Below, one piece after another: positions 8,907 through 15,834 of a stretch of DNA of 24,000 nucleotides. Source of the stretch: Longimonas halophila (GTDB taxonomy: Bacteria > Bacteroidota > Rhodothermia > Rhodothermales > Salinibacteraceae). The stretch is from the NCBI RefSeq assembly GCF_002554705.1, contig NZ_PDEP01000008.1:40106-64105 (forward strand). The letters run 5' to 3'. The position numbers and the translations under genes are program-made. The notes under the pieces were generated by a model. That model did no database searches and had not been told where the DNA came from. It saw only the letters and a list, made by a program, of their open reading frames with translations. The stretch's first letter is position 1. Each line of letters begins with the position of its first letter.

Positions 8907-9530
8907 ACTGGAGCCAACGGTCCCCCGTTGGCGCGGCGTCGCGGCCCGAGACGCGTGAACTCGCCCGGGACGTCCGCTACGCTCCCAGTCCCGGGCTACT
9001 GTCGGCGTTCCGTGTCGGAGAAATCAGTAGCGGGGGGGGCGTCCCGCGCACGACGAGGAAGGCCGAGGACGCGAGCGGTGACGACAGTGGTCGGCAGGAC
9101 ACACGCCGGGAACGTCGCTGTGCTCCAGTCCCCGGCTACTACCTTAGGTATCAAGTCCCTTCTCCCGGGGGGAGAAGGACAGGATGAGGGGAATCCCACC
9201 CAGCAAATGGTGCTCACCTTGTGGCAAGGTACAACAGGCATGACCCGTCCCATCTCCCTACGCTCGCCGCAAGGCGCAACCAGCATGACTTACGGGTCTC
9301 CTCTTTGCCTTATGACGCTCCCGTTGAGGGGCTCCGTCCCGTCTGAGCTGTTGAGGATTGTAAGTAGATCCAGGTGGGGCCTCGTGCTAAGCCCGTAGGA
9401 GATCCTTCGGCGCCGCACCGGCTGTCGCCGCTGCTCTGCTCAGGATGACATCATGGTGGTGGGGGATGTGGGGGAAGGCGTAAACCACAAATCGCTCCTC
9501 TGGAGAAGGGAACTGTCGCGAACGCGACGG
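8907..9530 (+). repeat. Hairpin-module array, colinear paralog of 14614-15106
   Basis: Module order: ACTGGAGCCAACGGTCCCCCGTTGG, module 4 (8962-9077), a second CCGGGAACGTC..CCCCGGCTACT unit, GGGGAGAAGGACAGGATGAGGGG, CAAGGCGCAACCAGCATGAC, AGGGGCTCCGTCCCGT, module 2, then degenerate module 3. Confidence 0.85.
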
Positions 9531-9608
9531 ACGCGTGCACGCCTGCAACAAAAAGGTGGAGCACACACAGGGAGTGCTCACCATACGAACGAATAGGCTT
9601 TGGCAGAC

Positions 9609-9632
9609 GTACCATTTCCGTAAACATGGTAC
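9609..9632 (+). promoter_or_regulatory. Inverted repeat GTACCAT-N10-ATGGTAC 22 nt upstream of the DUF433 start codon (candidate operator)
   Basis: Seen directly in the sequence. The position is typical of autoregulated toxin-antitoxin operators. The function is inferred only. Confidence 0.3.
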
Positions 9633-9653
9633 TCCACACGACCCAGACACCCC

Positions 9654-9902
9654 ATGGCTACCATTGCCCATCGCATAGAAGTTGATCCTGAGGTGCATCA
9701 CGGCAAGCCCGTCATTGCAGGCACCCGGGTTCCTGTTCACATGGTGCTTGGCCTCTTGGGAGAAGGGGTCTCTATCAGCGAGATCATCAACGAGTACTAC
9801 GACCACATCACACGTGAGGATGTCTTAGCCTGCATCCGGTACGCCCATACCGTTGTGCAAGAGGAAGAGGTCTATGCCACATCAAAGCCCGCCAGAAAGT
9901 GA
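9654..9902 (+). CDS. DUF433 domain protein (putative antitoxin)
   Basis: 82-aa ORF with the DUF433 pattern: I.VDPEV.HGKPVIAGTRVPV..VL..L..G.S..EI...Y..IT.EDV.A...YA. Confidence 0.85.
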   Translation: MATIAHRIEVDPEVHHGKPVIAGTRVPVHMVLGLLGEGVSISEIINEYYDHITREDVLACIRYAHTVVQEEEVYATSKPARK

Positions 9903-10278
9903 GGAATCGAACCAGGAACCGGTGTTTCTTGCGGATGAATGCACATTTACGCAGACCGTTCGAATGATGCGAGCAGCAGGATGCACGGTACATCGTGTTC
10001 AAGATCTCGGTATGGCGGGCGCACCGGATGCCGAGGTCTACCAGACGGCCTTAGGTAAAGAAGCTGTTCTGGTGACGACCGATCGTGGGTTCGGCGATGT
10101 CCGCTCGTATCCTCCCTCATCCCATCACGGCATCATCGTACTCAACGTCTCTCCTGATCCAGGGCAAGTCCGCGCTGTGCATCGCACGTTAACGATGATG
10201 CTCCAAACGGAGACCTCGTTCGCCGGAACGCTCTTCATCGTCGATGGAAAGAAGTACAGGAAACGCAAGCAGCCCTAA
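9874..10278 (+). CDS. DUF5615 family PIN-like nuclease (putative toxin partner of DUF433)
   Basis: Pattern FLADE....V..MR.AG..V..V.DLGM.GA.D.EVY..A....AVLVTTDRGFGD. The start is ambiguous: ATG 9853, ATG 9874 or GTG 9922. All of them overlap or abut the DUF433 gene. Confidence 0.8.
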   Translation: MPHQSPPESEESNQEPVFLADECTFTQTVRMMRAAGCTVHRVQDLGMAGAPDAEVYQTALGKEAVLVTTDRGFGDVRSYPPSSHHGIIVLNVSPDPGQVRAVHRTLTMMLQTETSFAGTLFIVDGKKYRKRKQP

Positions 10279-10280
10279 AG

Positions 10281-10564
10281 CGGTCGGCACAAAGCACTCG
10301 GCTATGGAAAGCGCCCCCCCAATCAAGTCATCCCGGACTTGATCCGGGATCCAGAAGGTGCTGAGGTCGCAGGCATTGTGCTGAGCGTGTGGGAGATCCT
10401 TCCCCCGACAGTAGTCGGGGCGACGGCGGTCGGACTTTTCGTCTCCGTGGCGCATCTGCGCCGCTCAGGATGACATCGGGGTGGGGGGAGGTTCAGAGGG
10501 GAAGGTGCCCTCCAACCCGCTTCCCTGGAGAGGGAAGCTGTCGCGCCAGCGACTGAAGGGTGGA
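10281..10564 (+). repeat. Composite hairpin-repeat element, copy B (leader, module 1, long-form module 2, module 3)
   Basis: Colinear with 15433-15668, except that the module 1 hairpin is present here and absent there. Confidence 0.9.
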
Positions 10565-10573
10565 TGTGCATGT

Positions 10574-10695
10574 GACGCCCGGGACGTCCGCTACGCTCCC
10601 AGTCCCGGGCTACTGTGGGCTTTCTGTGTCGGAGAAATCAGTAGCGCGGGACTGGCACGTCCCGCGCATGACGAGGAAGGGCGAGGACGCGAGCG
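10574..10695 (+). repeat. Module 4 (about 120-nt triple-hairpin module)
   Basis: GACGCCCGGGACGTCCGCTACGCTCCCAGTCCCGGGCTACTG...CAGTAGCGCGGGACTGGCACGTCCCGCGC...GAGGACGCGAGCG. It is nearly the same as 8962-9077. Confidence 0.9.
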
Positions 10696-10720
10696 AGCCC
10701 TGGCTACGGAAGCACCCTCA

Positions 10721-10925
10721 TCAAGTCATCCCGGACTTGATCCGGGATCCAGGAGATGCTGAGGTCGCAGGCATTGTGCTGAGCGTGGAGGAGATCCTTC
10801 GACTCTGCAGATGCTTGGCGCATCTGCGCCGCTCAGGATGACATCGGGGTGGGGGGGGCGAAGGTGTAAACCCCAACCCGCTTCCCTGGAGAGGGAAGCT
10901 GTCGCGCCAGCGACTGAGGGGTGGA
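10721..10925 (+). repeat. Composite hairpin-repeat element, copy C
   Basis: The same module order as copy A (4421-4633), with 4 differences in the first 125 nt. Confidence 0.9.
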
Positions 10926-11178
10926 TAAAGCTGCCGGAGACGCAACCGACCTTCGAAAGCACTCGGCACAACTCCCCCACCTAAGAGAATCGCCCACCTT
11001 CCCCCTAACCGTCCATCCCTCCACCCATCCATCCCTCCACCCCTGAACCCCGCATCCACACGCAATTCAACGAAACCGCAACGCATCCGTCTGATATATG
11101 ATGCGGCATACGTTGTGCGGTGCATTACACCGTACACAACCACTTCTACTGACCTGCACTCACGCCCGCTCCCACTTT

Positions 11179-12978
11179 ATGAGCACCTTTCGTGACCTTC
11201 TGGGCTATCTCCGCACGTACCGCCGGTACATCGGGCGCCGCATATACCTGGTGTTTGTGCTGACCATTGCCACGGCCTTTGCCCAGGGCTTCGGCATCAC
11301 CATGCTCCTGCCGCTGCTGCGCGCCTCGCAGTCCGGCGGACCCGCCGAGGACATGGGCACCGCCGAGGAATTGCTCTACAGCTTCCTGGAGCTGCTGGGC
11401 ATTGCCGACTCGATGGTGGGGATCTTGGGCCTGATTGCATTCATCTTTATTGCAAAAGGGGGCTTAGCATTTGCCAAGGGCGGATACATTGGCTACTTGC
11501 AGTCACGACTGCTGCGGGAGCTGAAAACCAAGCTCTTCGATGCCTACAGCCGCATGGATTACCGGTACTACATCAAGCAGAATGCCGGGCACTTCATCAA
11601 TGTCATTAACGGGCAGGTGAACCAGTTCTTTCAGTCATTTCAGAACTTTACAGGTTTCCTGACACAGGCTGTCACGGCGATTAGCTACTTCGGTTTTGCG
11701 TTCTTCATTGCGTGGAACTTTGCGCTGATGGCGATTGGTGTGGGGCTCGTGCTGCTCTTCTTGTTTAAGTACCTGAACGCCTATGTGCGCCGCCTTTCGC
11801 GAATGCGCTCGCGCGAGATGAGTGAGCTCAATAAGCTGCTCGTGCAGTCGCTACAGTCGCTGAAGTATATCGTATCCACAAACCAGACCGCCCACCTGCG
11901 TACTGGCGTGCTGGGTAGTGTGAAGCGCCTCACCAGCTACATCTTTAAACAGCGCATTGCAGGAGCGTTTACCAGCTCGCTTAAAGAACCGGTGTCTGTG
12001 CTGCTGATCATTGGATTGATCATCGTGCAGGTCACGGTCTTTGAGGATCCGATTGCTCCGATCTTTGTTGCGCTCTTGCTCTTCCACCGGGGAATGCAGG
12101 CGATGATCTCTATTCAGAGCGGCTGGCAGCAGACGATGGATAAGATCGGCTCCGTTGAGATGGTCGATGACGAGTTCGACATGGTGCATAAGCACAGAGA
12201 AGAGACGGGATCGCATGTGCTGGAGCCACTCCACCGCTCCATCGAACTGGACAACGTGTCGTTTGCCTATGGGGAAGATGAAGACCATGCGCTGCGCGGT
12301 ATTAGCCTGACTATCCCCGCCAACACCACCGTGGCCCTGGTGGGCGAGTCGGGCGCGGGTAAGTCGACGCTGGTCGATATGCTCACGCTGCTCCTAAAGC
12401 CGGATACCGGCACGGTGGAGATCGACGATGTGCCACACCCTGAGATCGACCTCAACTCATGGCGCTCGCAGATTGGCTACGTATCACAGGAGACGGTCGT
12501 CTTCGACGATACCATTGCCAACAACATCAGTCTCTGGCAGGGCAACATTGAGGACGATCCGGAGCTCCGCGATCGCATTCACGATGCCGCTAAGCGTGCC
12601 TACGCGCATCACTTCATTGAGGACCTGCCGAACGGCTACCAGACAGTCGTGGGCGACCGCGGCGTGCGGCTCTCGGGCGGACAACGCCAGCGGCTCTTTG
12701 TGGCGCGCGAGCTCTTTAAGCGTCCCAACCTGCTCATCTTAGACGAAGCCACAAGCGCGCTGGACACGGAGTCGGAGCGCTACATCCAGGACAGCATCGA
12801 TGCGCTGAAAGGCGAGATGACGGTGGTGATCATCGCGCACCGCCTCTCTACCATCAAGAATGTGGACTACGTCTACGTTATGGACGAGGGCGAAGTCATC
12901 GAAGAAGGCCCCTACACGGACCTCCGCAACCACGACGGCTCCCGCTTTCAGGAGATGGTGGAGATGCAGCGGTTGTAG
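11179..12978 (+). CDS. ABC transporter, fused permease/ATP-binding protein (MsbA-like exporter type)
   Basis: N-terminal multi-pass TM domain. Walker A GESGAGKST, signature LSGGQRQR, Walker B LLILDEATSALD and H-loop IIAHRL are all present. Start chosen at ATG 11179 (MSTFRDLLGYL...) rather than the ORF-track start at 11098. Confidence 0.9.
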   Translation: MSTFRDLLGYLRTYRRYIGRRIYLVFVLTIATAFAQGFGITMLLPLLRASQSGGPAEDMGTAEELLYSFLELLGIADSMVGILGLIAFIFIAKGGLAFAKGGYIGYLQSRLLRELKTKLFDAYSRMDYRYYIKQNAGHFINVINGQVNQFFQSFQNFTGFLTQAVTAISYFGFAFFIAWNFALMAIGVGLVLLFLFKYLNAYVRRLSRMRSREMSELNKLLVQSLQSLKYIVSTNQTAHLRTGVLGSVKRLTSYIFKQRIAGAFTSSLKEPVSVLLIIGLIIVQVTVFEDPIAPIFVALLLFHRGMQAMISIQSGWQQTMDKIGSVEMVDDEFDMVHKHREETGSHVLEPLHRSIELDNVSFAYGEDEDHALRGISLTIPANTTVALVGESGAGKSTLVDMLTLLLKPDTGTVEIDDVPHPEIDLNSWRSQIGYVSQETVVFDDTIANNISLWQGNIEDDPELRDRIHDAAKRAYAHHFIEDLPNGYQTVVGDRGVRLSGGQRQRLFVARELFKRPNLLILDEATSALDTESERYIQDSIDALKGEMTVVIIAHRLSTIKNVDYVYVMDEGEVIEEGPYTDLRNHDGSRFQEMVEMQRL

Positions 12979-12988
12979 ACTAACAAAC

Positions 12989-13154
12989 CAACCCCCTCTG
13001 CCTGTCGGCATCTCCCCCTTGACTAAGGGGGAGAGTCTTAAAGTGTATGGTTATTCGGAGCTTATGAGAGCTGCACACTAACGCAACGAACCTCCAAACT
13101 CCCCTCCTACCGGCGCCAGCCGGAAAGGAGGGGTGCCCGAAGGGCGGGGTGGTC
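12989..13154 (+). repeat. Module A' plus module B (left direct repeat flanking DUF559 copy 2)
   Basis: CAACCCCCTCTGCCTGTCGG..CTCCCCCTTGACTAAGGGGGAG..GTGTATGGTTATTCGGAGCTTATG..CCAAACTCCCCTCCTACCGGCGCCAGCCGGAAAGGAGGGG..GGGGTGGTC. It is colinear with 13553-13718. Confidence 0.9.
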
Positions 13155-13188
13155 CCGTGCACCAGCCAAACAAATTGGTCTTGAGCCT

Positions 13189-13545
13189 ATGCGATTACAC
13201 AACCGTAAATCACTGAAGCAACGCCGCAAAGAGCTTCGCAACAGCGCAACACCTGCAGAGGCCCAGTTGTGGAACGCATTGAAGAAACGACAGCTTGCCG
13301 GACGCAAGTTCAGACGACAGCATAGCATCGGACCATACATCGTAGATTTCTACTGTCCAGATGAGCGTCTTGCGATCGAACTGGATGGCGCCTCGCACGA
13401 TGGTCCACTCCGTAGCGAATATGATGCAGAGCGACAGGCGTACTTGGAAGCAAAAGACATTCGTGTCATTCGTTTTGAGAACAAGCAGGTGTTTGAGGAT
13501 CCAGACGGGGTGCTGGCGTACATCGAGAAGCAGTTTCGTGAGTGA
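13189..13545 (+). CDS. DUF559 endonuclease-domain protein (Vsr-like PD-(D/E)xK fold)
   Basis: 118-aa ORF with RKELRNSATPAEAQLWNALK...FRRQHSIGPYIVDFYC...LAIELDG.SH....YDAERQAYLEAKDIRVIRF. About 91% identical (107/118 by eye) to the 17056-17412 product. Confidence 0.9.
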   Translation: MRLHNRKSLKQRRKELRNSATPAEAQLWNALKKRQLAGRKFRRQHSIGPYIVDFYCPDERLAIELDGASHDGPLRSEYDAERQAYLEAKDIRVIRFENKQVFEDPDGVLAYIEKQFRE

Positions 13546-13552
13546 TAGGGAT

Positions 13553-13718
13553 CCAACCCCCTCTGCCTGTCGGGCTTCGCCGAAGGCGTGATCCTGTGGA
13601 CATCTCCCCCTTGGCTAAGGGGGAGAGTTTCGAGGTGTATGTTCATTCGGAGCTTATGGGAACTGAACGCCAAGGCGGCGATCTACCAAACTCCCTTCCT
13701 ACCGGTGTCAGCCGGAAA
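13553..13718 (+). repeat. Module A plus truncated module B (right direct repeat flanking DUF559 copy 2)
   Basis: The same order as 12989-13154, with an extra 28-nt sub-module GCTTCGCCGAAGGCGTGATCCTGTGGA. Module B breaks off after CCGGAAAG. Confidence 0.9.
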
Positions 13719-13795
13719 GATCGCTTCACCCAGCTTCTCCGCGATGACAGGCAGTGCTCGGTTGTTGCTGTGCGGGTCTGGTGTCGGCTCATGAG

Positions 13796-14005
13796 TCAGA
13801 ACGATCCCGGTGTTTTTTTGATGGCCTGCATGACATCACTAATAGAGGCGTCCTGCAGGCGCTCGCGCCGCTCAGCAGTATAATCTCCATCTCCCGTCGT
13901 AAATTGGTGGATAAACCGAGCCGTGTCCGACGGGCCCAATTCACGCGTCAAAACCCGGATGGCTTCTTCATTGATCTGATTCAGTGGTTTGGTGTTAACT
14001 TTCAT
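13796..14005 (-). CDS. Small hypothetical protein (69 aa), possible partner of the adjacent PIN gene
   Basis: ORF MKVNTKPLNQINEEAIRVLTRELG...DYTAERRERLQDASISDVMQAIKK lies in a lower-GC segment on the same strand as the PIN gene and just downstream of it. The family was not firmly recognised. Confidence 0.55.
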   Translation of the reverse strand: MKVNTKPLNQINEEAIRVLTRELGPSDTARFIHQFTTGDGDYTAERRERLQDASISDVMQAIKKTPGSF

Positions 14006-14168
14006 GGTGATACCACCCTGTGGATTATTAGATTGGTTGTGCGTTGTTGTGCGCAGGAGATGTACCCGTTGCGCTCAATGCGTTGCGTAATCCTCGACCC
14101 ATTCTACGGGAGTGAGCACCCGAGTGTCTTGGGTCTTAGAACCTGTTTTGATATGCCGTTAGAGGCGG

Positions 14169-14522
14169 CTAAGGGCCAATCGTAGTGACGCGAGCCGGAC
14201 CATGCACGGCTGCTGCCAGGTGCACGGCATCAACAGCTCCAATTCCCAGCTGTGAGTACTCCCGTGCCTTCTTTTCGACGGATGCTGTAACTTCTATAGT
14301 GTCTGTGGCAAGGGAAAGTACGTCATATGCAAACGCACGGCGTCTGGGATGTGGATTGTTCTCAGTTTCAACAAGCAGTATCTCACTGGAGAGAAGTTCT
14401 ATCTCACCGTTCTCGACGTGTTCAATAATTGCAAGAACAGCCTCCGATTCCAGCGCAATACGAAGCTGGGTCTGGTCATCGAAGGGACGCTGGATAGCAC
14501 ACGTGTCAAGGTAGATCGTCAT
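14169..14522 (-). CDS. PIN-domain (VapC-like) nuclease, apparently C-terminally disrupted
   Basis: N-terminal IYLDTCAI, then ESEAVL and VDAVHLAAA motifs. The ORF stops at ..RVTTIGP*, just where the last conserved acidic motif (TTDD-like) is expected. A different frame continues with a plausible PIN C-terminus down to 14075. Confidence 0.7.
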
Positions 14523-14613
14523 GCCTTGTAAGGTAGCTCTTCAGTAAAGAAGAGAAGATACTTAATTTGGTAGTGGATAGACCTTAAGTGATAGCCCTCT
14601 GATAAAAACGTTG

Positions 14614-15106
14614 ACTGGGGCGAACGGTCCTCCGTTCGTCCGCGCCGGAGACGTCCGCGCCAGTCGGCGCTCCCAGTCTCCGGCTACTGTCATGTTTCCT
14701 ACATCACTTAGCATTGAACCGCTACCCTTAATTTATGTCGTGGGTGTTTACAAAAGCGATTCAATTCAGGTTCTCGTATCCATGACCCGCTCGTCGCAAG
14801 GCACAACCAGCATGACCTGCGGCCCCTCCGCCTTGTGACGGTGCCCTTTAGGGGCTCCGCCCCGTGCATATTGTCGGGGATGCAGAGAAGACTTAGCATA
14901 CGCAGGAGTGTCGACGGCCGAAGGAGAGAGGGGGGATGCCGCACGTGCAGGGACGGCGTGTAGGAGATCCTTCGGCGCTGCACCGGCTGTCGCCGTTGCT
15001 CTGCTCAGGATGACATCATGGTGATGGGGAGGTTCGGAGGAGAAGGCACAACCCCCAACGGCTCCTCTGGGGAGGGGAGCTGTCGCGCAAGCGACTGAGA
15101 GGTGGG
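14614..15106 (+). repeat. Hairpin-module array, colinear paralog of 8907-9530
   Basis: ACTGGGGCGAACGGTCCTCCGTTCG, GGAGACGTCC..CTCCCAGTCTCCGGCTACTGTC, CAAGGCACAACCAGCATGAC, AGGGGCTCCGCCCCGT, module 2 (14963-15017), then module 3 (15061-15095). Confidence 0.85.
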
Positions 15107-15275
15107 CACGTCCCGCACGTGACGAGGAGCGTTGGAAATGCAAGCGAGATTCGGAAGTTTGCGGCAGGGTAGACGCCTGGATCCTGGATCTCCGTTCGCA
15201 AGCTCACTGCGTCCAGGGTGACACCCGAGTGGGGGCATTGAGTATAACATAAAGTTCAGCACCACGTACCAATGT

Positions 15276-15323
15276 GTCATCCCGGACAAGGTGCCCCTGG
15301 CACCGCTGATCCGGGATCCATTC
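15276..15323 (+). repeat. Expanded module 1 hairpin (TCCCGGA-[nested hairpin GGTGCCCCTGGCACC]-TCCGGGA)
   Basis: GTCATCCCGGACAAGGTGCCCCTGGCACCGCTGATCCGGGATCCATTC. An inverted copy lies at 5622-5669. Confidence 0.8.
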
Positions 15324-15432
15324 CCTGGCTAAGGTTGCTTTGCTTACGCTCGTCGCAAGGCACAATCAGCATGACCTATGGCCCCTCTGCCCCGTCCAGA
15401 TACCGCCGGGGATGCAAGCGGTACCGACGACA

Positions 15433-15776
15433 GTGGTCGGCACAGGTTACCCGGCTATGGAGGCGAGTGAAGCGTCGTGCTGAGCGTGTGGGAGATCCTT
15501 CCCCCCGACAGGAGTCTGGGGCGACGGCGGTCGGACTTTTCATCTCTGTGATGCATCTGCGGCGCTCAGGATAACATCATGGTGGGGGGCAGGTTCGGAC
15601 AGGAAGGCACAACCCCCAACCCGCTCCCCTGGAGAGGGGAGCGGTCGCGTCAGCGACTGAGGGGTGGGTGCGCATGCGACGCCCGAGACGTCCTTCCGAC
15701 CGCTGTCGGAATACCCGTCTCAGGCTAACTGTCCCTCAAACGGATATATCAGTAGCGCGGGACCCTCACGCCCACG
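15433..15776 (+). repeat. Composite array (leader, long-form module 2, module 3, degenerate module 4), colinear with 10281-10695
   Basis: Shared blocks: GTGGTCGGCACA..CGGCTATGGA.., GTGCTGAGCGTGTGGGAGATCCTTCCCCCCGACAG..GGCGACGGCGGTCGGACTTTTC..GCATCTGCGGCGCTCAGGATAACATC, the twin hairpin, then GCGCATGCGACGCCCGAGACGTCC. Confidence 0.85.
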
Positions 15777-15834
15777 TCTTCTTATACGGGAAGGCACCAC
15801 GTATCGCATCCCCCAGCACCCCTATTTTCAGTAC

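Noticed and set aside
10476-10862. G-run linkers after module 2 (for example GGGGTGGGGGGAGG and GGGGTGGGGGGGGCG) as potential G-quadruplexes
   Set aside because: By eye I could find only 2-3 usable G3+ tracts within normal loop distances in any copy, and the tracts vary in length between copies. A canonical four-tract G4 is not supported.
8832-11143. ORFs 8832-9398, 8996-9286, 9387-9806, 10323-10571, 10481-10762, 10560-10841, 10721-11143 and 10726-10980
   Set aside because: The reason is the same: they are composed entirely of repeat modules, are low-complexity and Arg/Pro/Gly-rich, and overlap each other on both strands.
13120-13135. A perfect Shine-Dalgarno-like AAGGAGGGG inside module B (13124-13132 and 17582-17590)
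   Set aside because: No suitably spaced start codon with a credible ORF follows it. The sequence is the 3' arm of the module B stem, and SD usage is weak in Bacteroidota-like genomes.
13542-13883. The 113-aa + strand ORF 13542-13883, and a 49-codon minus-strand ORF starting at 13791 just after the 69-aa gene
   Set aside because: The first runs through modules A and B and then antisense to the 69-aa gene. The second runs into module B and has no recognisable motif. Neither has supporting features.
14611-15574. ORFs 14611-14838, 14708-14983, 14766-15143, 15005-15289 and 15272-15574
   Set aside because: They lie in the repeat array and have no family motifs. Their sequences recur in other arrays at the nucleotide level regardless of frame.
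4421-15776. Possible CRISPR array, since short palindromic repeats are separated by variable sequence
   Set aside because: The repeats belong to several unrelated families, have irregular lengths and spacing, and are not interleaved with unique spacers of uniform size. No cas genes or leader were seen.
15664-15834. N-terminal extensions suggested by the ORF track for rfbB (15664), the ABC transporter (11098), isomerase 2 (19739) and DUF559-3 (TTG 17044)
   Set aside because: The extensions run through repeat modules or overlap the upstream gene, and they add residues not found in the families. Internal ATGs (15835, 11179, 19811, 17056) give canonical N-termini.
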